64,000 nucleotides of DNA, from contig NC_086109.1 of assembly GCF_963921235.1 (NCBI RefSeq), positions 16,804,001-16,868,000 of the forward strand, read 5' to 3'. This document shows, in pieces, positions 26,016 to 38,832 of the stretch (the stretch's first letter is position 1; each line of letters starts with the position of its first letter). The stretch is from Mobula hypostoma. Taxonomy: Eukaryota. Position numbers and translations under genes: made by a program. Below the pieces are notes generated by a model. The model made no database searches, had not been told where the DNA came from, and was given only the letters and a program-made list of their open reading frames with translations.

Positions 26016-27095
26016 CAAACAACAGGAATTCTGCAGATACTGGAAATTCAAGCAACACACATCAAAGTTGCTGGTGAACGCAGCAGGCCAGGCAGCATCT
26101 GTAGGAAGAGGTGCAGTCGACGTTTCAGACCGAGACCCTTCGTCAGGACTAACTGAAGGAAGAGTGAGTAAGGGATTTGAAAGTTGGAGGGGGAGGGGGA
26201 GATCCAAAATGATAGGAGAAGACAGGAGGGGGAGGGATAGAGCCAAGAGCTGGACAGGTGATAGGCAAAAGGGGATACGAGAGGATCATGGGACAGGAGG
26301 TCCGGGAAGAAAGACAAGGGGGGGTGACCCAGAGGATGGGCAACAGGTATATTCAGAGGGACAGAGGGAGAAAAAGGAGAGTGAGAGAAAGAATGTGTGC
26401 ATAAAAATAAGTAACAGATGGGGTACGAGGGGGAGGTGGGGCCTTAGCGGAAGTTAGAGAAGTCGATGTTCATGCCATCAGGTTGGAGTCTACCCAGACG
26501 GAATATAAGGTGTTGTTCCTCCAACCTGAGTGTGGCTTCATCTTTACAGTAGAGGAGGCCGTGGATAGACATGTCAGAATGGGAATGGGATGTGGAATTA
26601 AAATGTGTGGCCACTGGGAGATCCTGCTTTCTCTGGCGGACAGAGCGTAGATGTTCAGCAAAGCGGTCTCCCAGTCTGCGTCGGGTCTCGCCAGTATATA
26701 AAAGGCCACATCGGGAGCACCGGACGCAGTATATCACCCCAGTCGACTCACAGGTGAAGTGTTGCCTCACCTGGAAGGACTGTTTGGGGCCCTGAATGGT
26801 GGTAAGGGAGGAAGTGTAAGGGCATGTGTAGCACTTGTTCCGCTTACACGGATAAGTGTCAGGAGGGAGATCAGTGGGGAGGGATGGGGGGGATGAATGG
26901 ACAAGGGAGTTGCGTAGGGAGCGATCCCTGCGGAATGCAGGGGGGGGAGGGAAAGATGTGCTTAGTGGTGGGATCCCGTTGGAGGTGGCGGAAGGTACGG
27001 AGAATAATATGTTGGACCCGGAGGCTGGTGGGGTGGTAGGTGAGGACCAGGGGCTGCCTGGCCTGCTGCGTTCACCAGCAACTTTGATATGTGTT
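26016..27095 (-). mobile_element. 5'-truncated Neptune-type PLE with inverted pLTR fragment at its 5' end, inserted in a CR1
   Basis: GIY-YIG ORF 26444-26770. Perfect TSD CCAGGAATGAAAGG at 26002-26015 and 27096-27109. 27053-27095 is an inverted copy of ~26053-26096. Confidence 0.92.
26115..26150 (-). ncRNA. Minimal type I hammerhead ribozyme motif
   Basis: Reverse complement agtc-CUGACGA-agggucucggucu-GAAA-C-GUC-gacu. Confidence 0.78.
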
Positions 27096-28080
27096 CCAGG
27101 AATGAAAGGGTTAACTTAAGAGGAGCATTTGACGTCCCTGGGCCTGTGCTTACTGGAGTTTAGAAGAATGGGGGGGGGGGATATCTTATTGAAACCTAAC
27201 GAATATTGAAAGGCCTAGATAGGGTGGATGTGGAGATGATGCTTCCCATAGTGGGGGAGTCTAGGACCAGAGGGAACAGCTTCAGAATAGAGGAACGTCC
27301 ATTCAGAACAGAGATGAGGAAAAATTTCTTCAGCCAGAGGGTGGTAAATCTGTGGAATTCATTGCCACAGACAGCTGTGCAGGCCGGTTCATTAAGGCAG
27401 AGGTTGATAGCTTCCTGATTAATCAAGGACTCAAAGGTTACGAGGAAAGGTTGTGAGGGATAATAAATCAGCTATGACGGAATGATGAAGCAGACTCAAA
27501 GGGCTGAATGGCCTAAATCTGCTCCAATGTCTTACAGTCTTATGGTCTAACTCATCTGTACAAAACCCTAGCTTGAACCTATCACAAATTTTCCCATTCG
27601 TCCTACATAATCCCTCTCTCATCTTCCTTACAACACAACCTAACCTTACTTCTCTCTTAAACACAAGAGAAAAGGTTGTCCTGATGAAGGGTCTCGACCT
27701 GAAACATCAACTTTCTTTCCCTCTGCAGATTCTGCCTGACCCATTGAGTTCCTCCAGCGTTCTTTGTCTTTTTCTCCGTCAAAGGATCTTTAACACAAAA
27801 CAATAATATCTTCTATCATTCCCCTAATGCTGCATTTTCAGAATTGTCACTCCTGTCAGTGCAACTCTGCTTGAATTGTCGACCTAGATTAACTGCTCGA
27901 GTCTCTGGAGCAGTACTTAATCCTGTAATCTTCTGATTCCGAATCAAAGACTGTTATCCACTGAGCGAATATTGGCACTTAGCTCAACATTATCGATGTG
28001 AACTTTTTGGATATACCAGTACCGTCTAAACTTTCTTTTGTTATTCCCGAAAATTCTTTTAAAGTAATCAAAAGTCTTGC

Positions 28081-29095
28081 AAACGCAGGAGATTCAGCGA
28101 ATGGTGGAAATCCAGAGCTACATGCACAAAATGCCGGAGGAACTCAATGGGTCAGGCAGCATCTATGGGGAAAAATAAACTGTCGACATTTTGGCTATTT
28201 GTGACAGATGTCACTCTGAGGTGGCTTCTTTAACTCATATGTTTTGGTCCTGTCCTCTTCTGAAAAAATTTTGGAAAGATATTTTTGATGTTATCTCAAC
28301 AGTTTTGCGTTTTGGTTTACAACCCCATCTTATTACGGCAATTTTTGGTTTGCCAATGGTAGAACATAGATCTTTATCCTCTTCAGCCTGTCGGATGATG
28401 GCATTTGTTACTTTAATGGCCAGAAGATCTATTTTATTGAACTGGAAGGAGACCAGTCCTCCTACTACATTTCAATGGTTTTCCCAAACTATATTATGCT
28501 TAAATTTAGAAAAAATCAGAAGTGACATTTTTGATCCTTCGGTTAAATTTGAAGAGACTTGGAAACCATTTATTCAACATTTTCATATGATGTAATTTGA
28601 CCTTTCCGAATCCTTCTTATTAACTTAAAATATATGAATAGAGGAGCAGAGTTGACGACATTATTGAACGTGTTCAATTTAAGATAATGATCTAGCCTTG
28701 TTTTGTTCCGTTTGCTGTTTTTTGGGTTTAGTATTTAGTTTTTTTTTTGTTTCTTTTTGGGGGTTTTCTTTGTATTTTTTTCTTTTTATTTCTTTTTACT
28801 CTATGATTAATTATATCAAGAGTTTGGAAGTCTATCATACTTGTATAATTTGAAATCTTTCTTGTATATGCTTATCAACAATAAGATTATTCCAATCTCT
28901 CTGTATCAACATAGTTATTCTGTTTATAATTTTGGAAAATTAATAAAAAGATTTAAAAAGAAAGGAAGACATTTTGGGGTGAGCCCTTTCATCAGGACTG
29001 AAAAGGAAGGAGGAGGGGTAGAATCCTGAATAAGAAGGGTGGGGAGAAGAGGAAGGAGTGATAGGTGAAACCCAGTGAGAGGGAAAGTGGGCGGG
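28081..29095 (-). mobile_element. PLE pLTR fragment split by an L1-like insertion
   Basis: pLTR sequence runs 28081-28194 and resumes at 28968, on either side of the duplicated GACATTTTGG. Confidence 0.75.
28195..28967 (+). mobile_element. 5'-truncated L1/Tx1-clade LINE 3' end
   Basis: CDRC..HMFWSC zinc-knuckle C-terminus in ORF 28191-28595, T-rich 3' UTR, AATAAA and A-rich tail. 10-bp TSD GACATTTTGG (28185-28194 / 28968-28977). Confidence 0.88.
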
Positions 29096-29700
29096 TGTTG
29101 CAAAGTATTTGGTGCCTTTTTATAACTGCAAAAATACCTCACAACTATGGGTGTCCTTTTGAAATGTAGTCAAAGGTGTAGTGTAAAAAAAAGGCTGGCA
29201 TAGTGCTGGGTATAATAGAGCTGGGACCTCGCAGGTCCAGAGATCTGGGGTCAGTCCTAACCTCCTGTGTGGAGCTTGCACATTTTCCCTGTGACTGCAC
29301 AGGTTTCAAAAGACCTGCTGAGCTGGAGGTAAAGTGGTCATTACAATTGCTCCTTGTGTGTAGATGAGTGTGCAGAATCGGGTACTAGCTGTAGGTAATA
29401 TAGGGTGAATAAAACAGATGTAGCATAGAATAGGATTAGGGTGTTTGATGGATTGGGTAAATGTATGACTGAGTGACCTCTGCACAGGCAGACTGAATAC
29501 AGTAATCTAATGGAAAGAGTAATGGGATAATAACCAGATCATCTAATTTTTTTTTAGATTATGAAGACGCGCAGTCCTCTTTTATTGTCATTTAGTAATG
29601 CATGCATTAAGAAATTATACAATATTTCCTCCAGTGTGATATCACAAAACACAGGATAGACCAAGACTGAAAAAAACTAACAAAACCACATAATTATAAC

Positions 29701-31841
29701 GCAAACAACAGGAATTCTGCAGATGCTGGAAATTCAAGCAACACACATCAAAGTTGCTGGTGAACGCAGCCGGCCAAGCAGCATCTGTAGGAAGAGGTGC
29801 AGTCGACGTTTCAGGCCAAGACCCTTGGTCAGGACTAACTGAAGGAAGAGTGAGTAAGGGATTTGGAAGTTGGAGGGGGAGGGGGAGATCCAAAATGATA
29901 GGAGAAGACAGGAGGGGGAGGGATGGAGCCGAGAGCTGGACAGGTGATAGGCAAAAGGGGATACGAGAGGATCATGGGACAGGAGGTCCGGGAAGAAAGT
30001 CGGGGGGGGGGGGGTGACCCAGAGGATGGGCAAGAGGTATATTCAGAGGGACAGAGGGAGAAAAAGGAGAGTGAGAGAAAGAATGTGTGCATAAAAATGA
30101 GTAACAGATGGGGTACGCGGGGGAGGTGGGGCCTTAGCGGAAGTTAGAGAAGTCGATGTTCATGCCATCAGGTTGGAGGCTACCCAGACGGAATATAAGG
30201 TGTTGTTCCTCCAGCCTGAGTGTGGCTTCATCTTTACAGTAGAGGAGGCCGTGGATAGACATGTCAGAATGGGAATGGGATGTGGAATTAAAATGTGTGG
30301 CCACTGGGAGATCCTGCTTTCTCTGGCGGACAGAGCGTAGATGTTCAGCAAAGCGGTCTCCCAGTCTGCGTCGGGTCTCGCCAATATATAAAAGGCCACA
30401 TCGGGAGCACCAGACGCAGTATATCACCCCAGTTGACTCACAGGTGAAGTGATGCCTCACCTGGAAGGACTGTTTGGAGCCCTGAATGGTGGTAAGGGAG
30501 GAAGTGTAAGGGCATGTGTAGCACTTGTTCCGCTTACACGGATAAGTGCCAGGAGGGAGATCAGTGGGGAGGGATGGGGGAGACGAATGGACAAGGGAGT
30601 TGTGTAGGGAGCGATCCCTGCGGAATGCAGAGATGGGGGGGAGGGAAAGATGTGCTTAGTGGTGGGATCCCGTTGGAGGTGGCGGAAGTTACGGAGAATA
30701 ATATGTTGGACCCGGAGGCTGGTGGGGTGGTAGGTGAGGACCAGGGGAACCCTATTCCTAGTGGGGTGGTGGGATGATGGAGTGAGAGCAGATGTACGTG
30801 AAATGGGGGAGATGCATTTAAGAGCAGAGTTGATAGTGGAGGAAGGGAAGCCCCTTTCTTTAAAAAAAGGAAGACATCTCCCTCGTCCTAGAATGAAAAG
30901 CCTCATCCTGAGAGCAGATGCAGCGGAGACGGAGGAATTGCAAGAAGGGGATGGCGTTTTTGCAAGAGACAGGGTGAGAAGAGGAATAGTCCAGATAGCT
31001 GTGAGAGTCAGTAGGCTTATAGTAGACATCAGTGGATAAGCTGTCTCCAGAGACAGAGACAGAAAGATCTAGAAAGGGGAGGGAGGTGTCGGAAATGGAC
31101 CAGGTAAACTTGAGGGCAGGGTGAAAGTTGGAGGCAAAGTTAATAAAGTCAACGAGTTCTGCATGCGTGCAGGAAGCAGCGCCAATGCAGTCGTCGATGT
31201 AGCGAAGGAAAAGTGGGGGACAGATACCAGAATAGGCACGGAACATAGATTGTTCCACAAACCCAACAAAAAGGCAGGCATAGCTAGGACCCATACGGGT
31301 GCCCATAGCTACACCTTTAGTTTGGAGGAAGTGGGAGGAGCCAAAGGAGAAATTATTAAGAGTAAGGACTAATTCCGCTAGAACGGAGCAGAGTGGTGGT
31401 AGAGGGGAACTGATTAGGTCTGGAATCCAAAAAGAAGCGTAGAGCTTTGAGACCTTCCTGATGGGGGATGGAAGTATATAAGGACTGGACATCCATGGTG
31501 AAAATAAAGCGGTGGGGGCCAGGGAACTTAAAATCATCGAAAAGTTTAAGAGCGTGAGAAGTGTCACGAACATAGGTCGGAAGGGATTGAACAAGGGGTG
31601 ATAAAACAGTGTTGAGGTATGCAGAAATGAGTTCGGTGGGGCAGGAGCAAGCTGAGACAATAGGTTGGCCAGGACAGGCAGGTTTGTGGATCTTGGGTAG
31701 GAGGTAGAAACGGGAAGTGCGGGGTGTGGGAACTATAAGGTTGGTAGCAGTGGATGGGAGATCCCCTGAGCGGATAAAGTTGGTGATGGTGTGGGAGACA
31801 ATGGCCTGGTGCGCCTTAGTGGGGTCACGATCGAGGGGTAA
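29701..31841 (-). mobile_element. Neptune-type PLE, RT + GIY-YIG, frameshifted and 5'-truncated
   Basis: RT motifs QTKGVAMGTRMGPSYA, RYIDD and YYKPTD (ORF 30860-31660), linker CKRNKCYTC, and GIY-YIG ORF 30134-30460. It interrupts the repeat at 29557-32320, with ATAAC duplicated at the junctions. Confidence 0.93.
29801..29836 (-). ncRNA. Hammerhead motif with core mutation (CUGACCA), probably inactive
   Basis: Same fold as the other copies, but the conserved G8 position of CUGANGA is C. Confidence 0.65.
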
Positions 31842-33828
31842 ATAACATATAGTTACAACAGTGCAAGAATACTATAACTTGATGAAGAACAGTCCCTAAG
31901 CACAGTAAAAAGTTCAAAGTCTCTCAAATGTCCCACATCTCACGCAGACGGGAGAAGGAAGACAAACTCTCCCTGCCATACCCGACCACAATCTGACTCT
32001 GAGTCGTCCGAAAACTTCGAGCCTCCGATCAGCCTCCGACACCGAGTACCGAGCGCCATCTCTATCCGAACGATTCGACCTCAATCTCGGTCGCCAGCAG
32101 CAGGCAAAGCCGGGGATTTTGAGGCCTTCCCTTCAGAAGATTCTCGATCGCGCAGTAGCAACAGCAGTGAACTGGCGTTCCAGAAATTTCTCCAGATGTT
32201 CCTCTGTGTTTTCACGTCTGTCTCCATCAAATCAGAATTGTCCACGGCCCCTATGTAATGGATACGATATCACTTTCACCGGAAGGCTGCGTGCGCGGTA
32301 CGCTGCTCTCTCTCCTTCCGCCAGATTTACATCGAAAGTACAGCAAAGTACAGCCACCTTAGCCCATGATGTTGTACCAACTTTTTAACCTACTATGAAA
32401 TTAATTTAATGCTTGCTTCCCTCCCATATAGCTGTCCATTTTTCTTTCAATCATGTCCCTATCTAAGAGTTTCTTAATTGTTCCTAATATATCTGCCTCT
32501 ATCACTACCCCGGCAACATGTTTCATGCACTTACGGCTCCATCTAAAAAAGATTACCTCTGATATCCTCCCTACGCTTTCCTCCAATCACCTTTTAATTA
32601 TACCCTCAGTATTAGCCATTTCCACTCTGGTAAAAAGTCTCTAGCTGTCCAATAGGTGCCTTTTATCACCTTGTACACATTTATCAAGTCACCCGTCATC
32701 CTCCTTCACTCCATCGAGAAAAGCCTCAGCTTGATCAACTTGTGCTCATAAGACATGCTTTCTCATCCAGGGGGCATCCTGGCAAACCTGCACTGTACCC
32801 TTTCTAAAGCCTCCACGTCCTTCCTATAATAAGGCAACAAGAAATGAACACAGTATTTGAAGTATGGTCTAACCAGCATCTTATAGAGCTGCAACATTAT
32901 CTCACAGCTTTTGAACTCAATCCCTTGACTAATACATTGTTTTAGCAAAGGTTTGGTTGAGTGATTAATATTTTTCAGGACAGCTAGGAGAATTACCTTC
33001 CTCCCTTTTTTCAGTTCGCGTCCTGGGATATTTCTATTCACCAAGATCACTAACCTCTCGGCCTCATCAGCATCTCGAAAAATTCAGCATTCCTTGCCTA
33101 TTGCACCTGAGTCCCTGAATGTACCCCAGTCTCTCACTAAACCCTCTTCAAATGTGAAGAAAGACAAATGTGAGGCAACTATTCAGCATCTATTCTCTTA
33201 CTCCAACTTTACACTATCACAGTTGTGCCATAGGTATCTTTCCTTTCAGCCTTTTCATTACCAATTTTTGAAAGCATTGTTCTTCCTGAAGTCCTCCATT
33301 AACCATGGATCCTAAAGGTTCTATTCCTCCATTTATTGCTCTTCTTCTTAGCTTCGGCTCCAGTTATAATTTCCCAAACACGTTTGTCTACAATTTACTT
33401 TTCAAAAGAACTGAGCTGATGTAAATAACATGCTAAATTCTCCTGCTAAACAAATGACTTCCACAGGCGTTTCTGTTGCTGGAATGGATTTCAATTCATA
33501 CTCTCCAGAAGCATCCTTAAACACCTCCTAATCAGTGTGGATTTTTTCAGTCCTTATTTTGTTCACATTTACTATCTTTTCATTCCATTCAAGGCCTATA
33601 TTCAAAATTTTTGGATCGGTTTCTTTCTCGGGAGAGTTTAAGGTATTTATTCCTGCTCTAAATTGAGAAGGGAAAAAAAAAATCAGACATTACTGGCATT
33701 GACAATCAAAAAGTCAGCAAATCTGAAATTGTTGGAAAGCTCTCAACGTGTCAGATAATGCCTGTAGAAAGGGAAGCAGTGTTAGCATTTTAAGTCTACA
33801 CCTTTTATTGATGGAGGGCGACAAACAG

Positions 33829-34060
33829 GAGAAAATCTGTGGATGCTGGAGATCCAAAGCAACACACACACACACACACACACAGAGTGCTGGAGGAACA
33901 CAGCAGATCAGGCAGCAGCTATGGGAAAGAGTAAGCAGTCGACGTTTTGAGCCAAGACTCTAATGAAGGGTCTTGGTCCAGAATGTCAACTATTTACTCT
34001 TTTCTATAGTTGCTGGCTGGCCTGCTGAGTTCCTCCAGTATTTTGGGTGTGTGTTGCTCT
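33829..34060. mobile_element. Palindromic PLE-end insertion (two inverted pLTR arms joined at the HHR)
   Basis: The left arm (33829-33958) is a minus-orientation pLTR end and the right arm (33960-34060) is its diverged reverse complement. Confidence 0.75.
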
Positions 34061-37006
34061 GATGCATGTTCTTTGGCCTGAAACGTGAATTCTGTTTCTC
34101 TTTCCACAGATGCTGCATGACCTGTTGAGTGTTTCCAGCAATTTTTTTGCTTTAATGTATGAATGAGATGCCTTCCAGAACCCCATAACATTTCCACCCT
34201 GTAGGCAGCTCCAAAACAACTGAGCAGAACTGGGTCCACTTTCAAAATGGCAGCTGTGATTTCCAGCTGAATTAAAAGCATATTTTTCCACAAATAACCA
34301 AGGTGAAGTCTGTGCCTAAAAGTTGGAATGCAAAAATTTAGAGGGCTGATTTATGTGAAAGCTACACACAAGAAGCATTTTTGGCTAAACTCCCACGTAA
34401 CAGCAAATTGAACCATTCACCTGCAGCTTACAAAACAATACTGATGAGCTGATAAATGGGCAGAGCAATGGCAAATAGGATATAAATCAGATCAGTGCAG
34501 GATGATGTATTTTGGTGACATTAATAAACGCTGGACATATGCATTGAATAATAGGGCCCTGGGGAATATTAAGGAATAATTGGACTCTAGTGTACAAATC
34601 CAAGGATCCCTGATAATGGCAGCTTTAATAGATAAGAACTGTAGGTAAGTAGATTAAGGAGGTGTAAGGATTACATGCCTGCAATAGCTGAGAGAAAGAT
34701 TAACTTTATTTGTCGCATGTACATTAAAACATTAAAACATACAGTGAAATGCGTTGTTTGCATTAACACAAGCACAGTCCAAGATGTGCTGGGGATAACC
34801 CATAATTGTCGTTTCCAGTGCCAACGTAGCATGTCGACAACTTTCTCATCCTAACTCACATATCTTTGGAACGTCAGAGGAAACCCACACGGTCACAGGG
34901 AGAACATACAAACTCCTTACAGAATTGAACCCCGATTTTACAGTTGCCATAAAAATAGTTATGCTAACCACTACACTACTGTACTATGTCGGGACATTGA
35001 ATGTCAGAGTAAGGAGGTTATGTACAACTATATAAAACACGAGTTAGGCCACAGCAAAAATACTCTGTGCAATTCTAGTTGCTTCACTTTCCAAAGGACC
35101 TAACAGCATCAGAGACAGTACAAAGGAGATGAAAGTCTTAAAGTCAAGTTCATTGTTATATGCAGAGGTACGATGTAAAACTTAGCTGCTACAGCATCGC
35201 ATTCTCCAAGATGTTGCTGTGGACTGAGCTTTTCGGTGACAAGAAGAAAATGGATAGGCAGGGTTTGTTTTCTGATTGAGGTATAGAAAATTCTGACAGG
35301 TGTAAATAAGATTGAGGGCAAGAAATCATAAGAAATAAGAACATAAGGAATAGGAACAGGAGTCGGCCATCTCACCTGTCAAGCCTGCTCCACCATTCAA
35401 TAAGATCATGGCTGATCTGGCCATGGACTCATCTCCACCTCTCTGCCTTTTCCCCATAACCCTTAATTCCCCTACTATGCAAAAATCTATATCCAAACTT
35501 GTCTTAAATACATTTACTGAGAAGGCCTCCACTGCTTTCCTTGTAGCAGAGGAGTCCAGTGCAAGAGACCATAGGTTTAAATTAAATGGTGGCAGAATGA
35601 GGAAGAATTTGCTTGGGTTCAGATTTACTTGTCCCACGTATATTGAAGCATACAGTGAAATGCGTCATTTGTGTTAACCACCAACTCACCGAAGGCTGTG
35701 ATGGGCCAGCCCACAAGAGTCACTATACATTCCAGCACCAATATGGCAGGCCGACCACAGTCAGCAGAGCACCACAAGCAGCAACAACAACAAAGATGAA
35801 ATAGGACAACAACAGCAAAACAAGCCCATTTCCCACCCAGACAGGCCTCCAAGCCTAGGGCAGTTTGTATACCTGAATGGTGGCTGGAATCAGAACCCAC
35901 CGCCAAAAGAGGTGATGGAGATAGAGACTTTCACAACTTATAAAGTGTCTGGATGGGCACTTGAGTCTCCAATGATTAGAAAGCTGTGGGCCAGAGTCTG
36001 AAAGATTGGTATTGCATAGGTGGGCGGCTGATGATCAGCAAAGACTGGCAAGCAGCAGGACCTGTTTCTGTGCTCTGTCATTTAATGGAAATGACTTCTT
36101 ATTGCCATTCATCCAGGAGTAAATGTCATTTCCCCACACATCGATTTTACACTCACTGAGTCTCTATAGTCATTTATATATACTTCCCTTTGACACACTG
36201 GCAGCATTGAGAAAGATTATAGTATATCTCCAGCAAATGTTCTGTCACTGATGGTTCTGCTGCTTGTAGTTGCAACGTCACATGTTTGGTGCACTGTTTC
36301 GCCATCCATCCATGGTTCACCCTTCGCTCCATTCATTTTCCCTCATCTCCATGGCAACCTTGATGCTCTGTAGGTAGCCATCTTGGAAAGAGCACACTAA
36401 CCAGACTGGGCTTCACCCCAGCAGATAGATATTCACCGGTATGACAGCAGCTCCATGTGTAAATGTGCATCTGTAAATGCACAGTTCCGCATTTCAGCAA
36501 TATCATGAAATATCCCACTAATCCTGCTTATGGACTATTTGTCCCACTCCCATCAAGTAAGACACTATGCAGCATCTATACCAGGGCCACAAGATTCAAA
36601 ACAGTTACTTCCCTCAAGCCGTTAAACTGATCTTCACCTCCATCTATTAACCCACCCCTCTACCATGACAATACATCACTTAGCATACCTTTACGTCCAA
36701 TCTGTCTATGTATATAACAGTTACTTACAGATTGTGTTTTATAGGATTGTTTGTATATTCATTTTTTTGTTTTTTAATTGTGTTCATCATGTTTATGGTG
36801 TTTTTTATGCTGTATCCGATCCAGAGTAGCAATCATTTTGTTCTCCTTTACACTCGATGACAATAAGCAGTCTTGAATCTTCAAAGCTTGAAGGTACAAA
36901 AAAAACCTCAAAAGCAAAATATTAAAGCAAGAATTTTTTCATCTCCAATCTGCCCTTCAAGCAAAACACAGCAATCGTTCTGCACATCAAAATGAATAAA
37001 ATGGGG

Positions 37007-37556
37007 TCATAGAGTCATAGAAAAGTACAGCACAAGAAGCAGACCCTTCAGCCTATCTAGTCCATGCTGGAAACATTTAAAATGCCTAGTCCCATCGACC
37101 ATAGCCCTCCTTACTCCTCCCATCCATGTACCTATCCAAACTTCGCTTAAATGTTGAAATCGCGCTCGCATGCACCACTTGTGCTGGCAGCTCATTCCAC
37201 ACACTCACGACCTTCTGAGTGAAGAAGTTGCTCCTCATGGTCCTCTTAAACTTTTAACCTTTCATCCTTAACCCATGACTTCTGGTTGTAGTCCCACTCA
37301 ACCTCAGCGGAAAAAGCTTGCTTGCATTTGCCTTATCTATACCCCTCATAATTTTGTATGTCTATCAAATCTTCTCTCAGTTTTCTATGTTCTAAGGAAT
37401 AAAGTCCTAACCAATTCAATCTTCCCCTACAACTCATATTTTCCAGACCCAGCAACATCCTTGAAGGTTTTCTCTGTACTCTTTCAACTTTACTTACATC
37501 TTTCCTGTAGGTAGGTGACCACAACTGCACTTAATCCTCCAAGTGAGGTCTCATCA
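37007..37556 (-). mobile_element. CR1 3' fragment
   Basis: ORF 37333-37530 has WSPTYRKDV.KVERVQR. (CTATGACT)n tail. Confidence 0.85.
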
Positions 37557-38832
37557 ATCTCATTTCCAGTGTCTGGAACTCTCTCCTTGTTGAGATTGAA
37601 TTTTGGTTATAGAGAAGCTGGAGAATGGATGAGAAAATCAAATGAACTATCTCTGATTGTGCTGAGACCAAATAGATTAATGCGGCTATTAAAATTTGTA
37701 ACCCGTTTGGCAGGGAGTTAGCCCGGGCAGCTTCTGTCGAAGACTGGTGAGTGTAGATCCTGCTGGGGTTTCTCAGCAAATTAGGAGGAATTATAGGAGA
37801 AAACTTTTGGAGGAAACTTTACTGGTTTACAGTAAAGTTTATGTTTTGTGGAGCCTCGTACAAATCATAGAATTAAGAACATTGAATTTTCCAATTTCAG
37901 ATAACTTCTAGCTCCCCTCTCTCTTTCCTTCCAAACCATCTCCCAGGTGATTGTTGGGGATACTTGTCCCAGACATTGTGCAAGATTGGGAAATTGGGGT
38001 GCAGTATTGAGATGATGTGGGTACATGAAGCTTCATCCCAGTGAATTGGTTGAGGTCAAAGATTTCTGACAAGTGTGGGTCCAAAGAATTACTGAATGTG
38101 GAGAATTTCCCAAGGAAATCCATATTCCTTCATAGCTTCTGTTCAACTCTGCTGTTTTCCTGGTCATGATCAGAATGATTGCAATTGCAAGGTTAATGTT
38201 TGGTTGTTTTATTGACAACCTGTATGGAAAAAAATCCACTGACTATCCTTCAGGAGGTATTTATTACAACAATCAATAGCCACATTAATCTATTACTTTC
38301 TTTGTCCTCAATCTATGTTGCCGTAGTTACACTCCACCAAAACTATTTATTTTTAGACCCTCCTGTATTTTTATGTATAATTCTGGTGCTTTTATGGGAT
38401 TCAACCCAGTTATTTTAATCTTGTAGTCTGTGGCCTAGTTTAAACAGAACTGTCTTCGATGTTTACCAAATCCATAAATATGTATCTCTGGACGGTTGGA
38501 ATTACCTATTTCTTCACCTTTCATTGATTTTTGATCTTGCTCCCCTACGCAATAACTTTACATTAGTTTCCAATGAAGTCTGTCTTAATCCAGTGTATTT
38601 TTCCCCACCCCTAATTCACATATGTAAACCAAGAAGGTCACAATAAAATTCCAATAATCTGCTCCCAAGTTATTTAGAAATCCTGAGAATTTCCATTTTA
38701 GAATCAAAATCAGAATGTGGCTTATTATCACAGACATTTGTCATGAAATTAGTTGTTTTGTGGCAGCAGTACAAGAGCAAGACATTCAAATTTCTATTAA
38801 GTTAAAAGGTTAACTACCAGATGCTGATTTCC

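Larger units (their letters stand above)
24395..27548 (+). mobile_element. Degenerate CR1 ORF2, interrupted by a PLE (26016-27095)
   Basis: Peptides VDKSPGPDGLHPRVLKE, GNYRSVSLTSVV, AKFEDDTKIG and FFSQRVVNLWNSLP in successive broken frames. Confidence 0.9.
29557..32320 (-). mobile_element. Same repeat family, copy 2, split by PLE 29701-31841
   Basis: ...TAATTATAAC | ATATAGTTAC... is contiguous in copy 1 (291-310) and split here. Confidence 0.8.
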
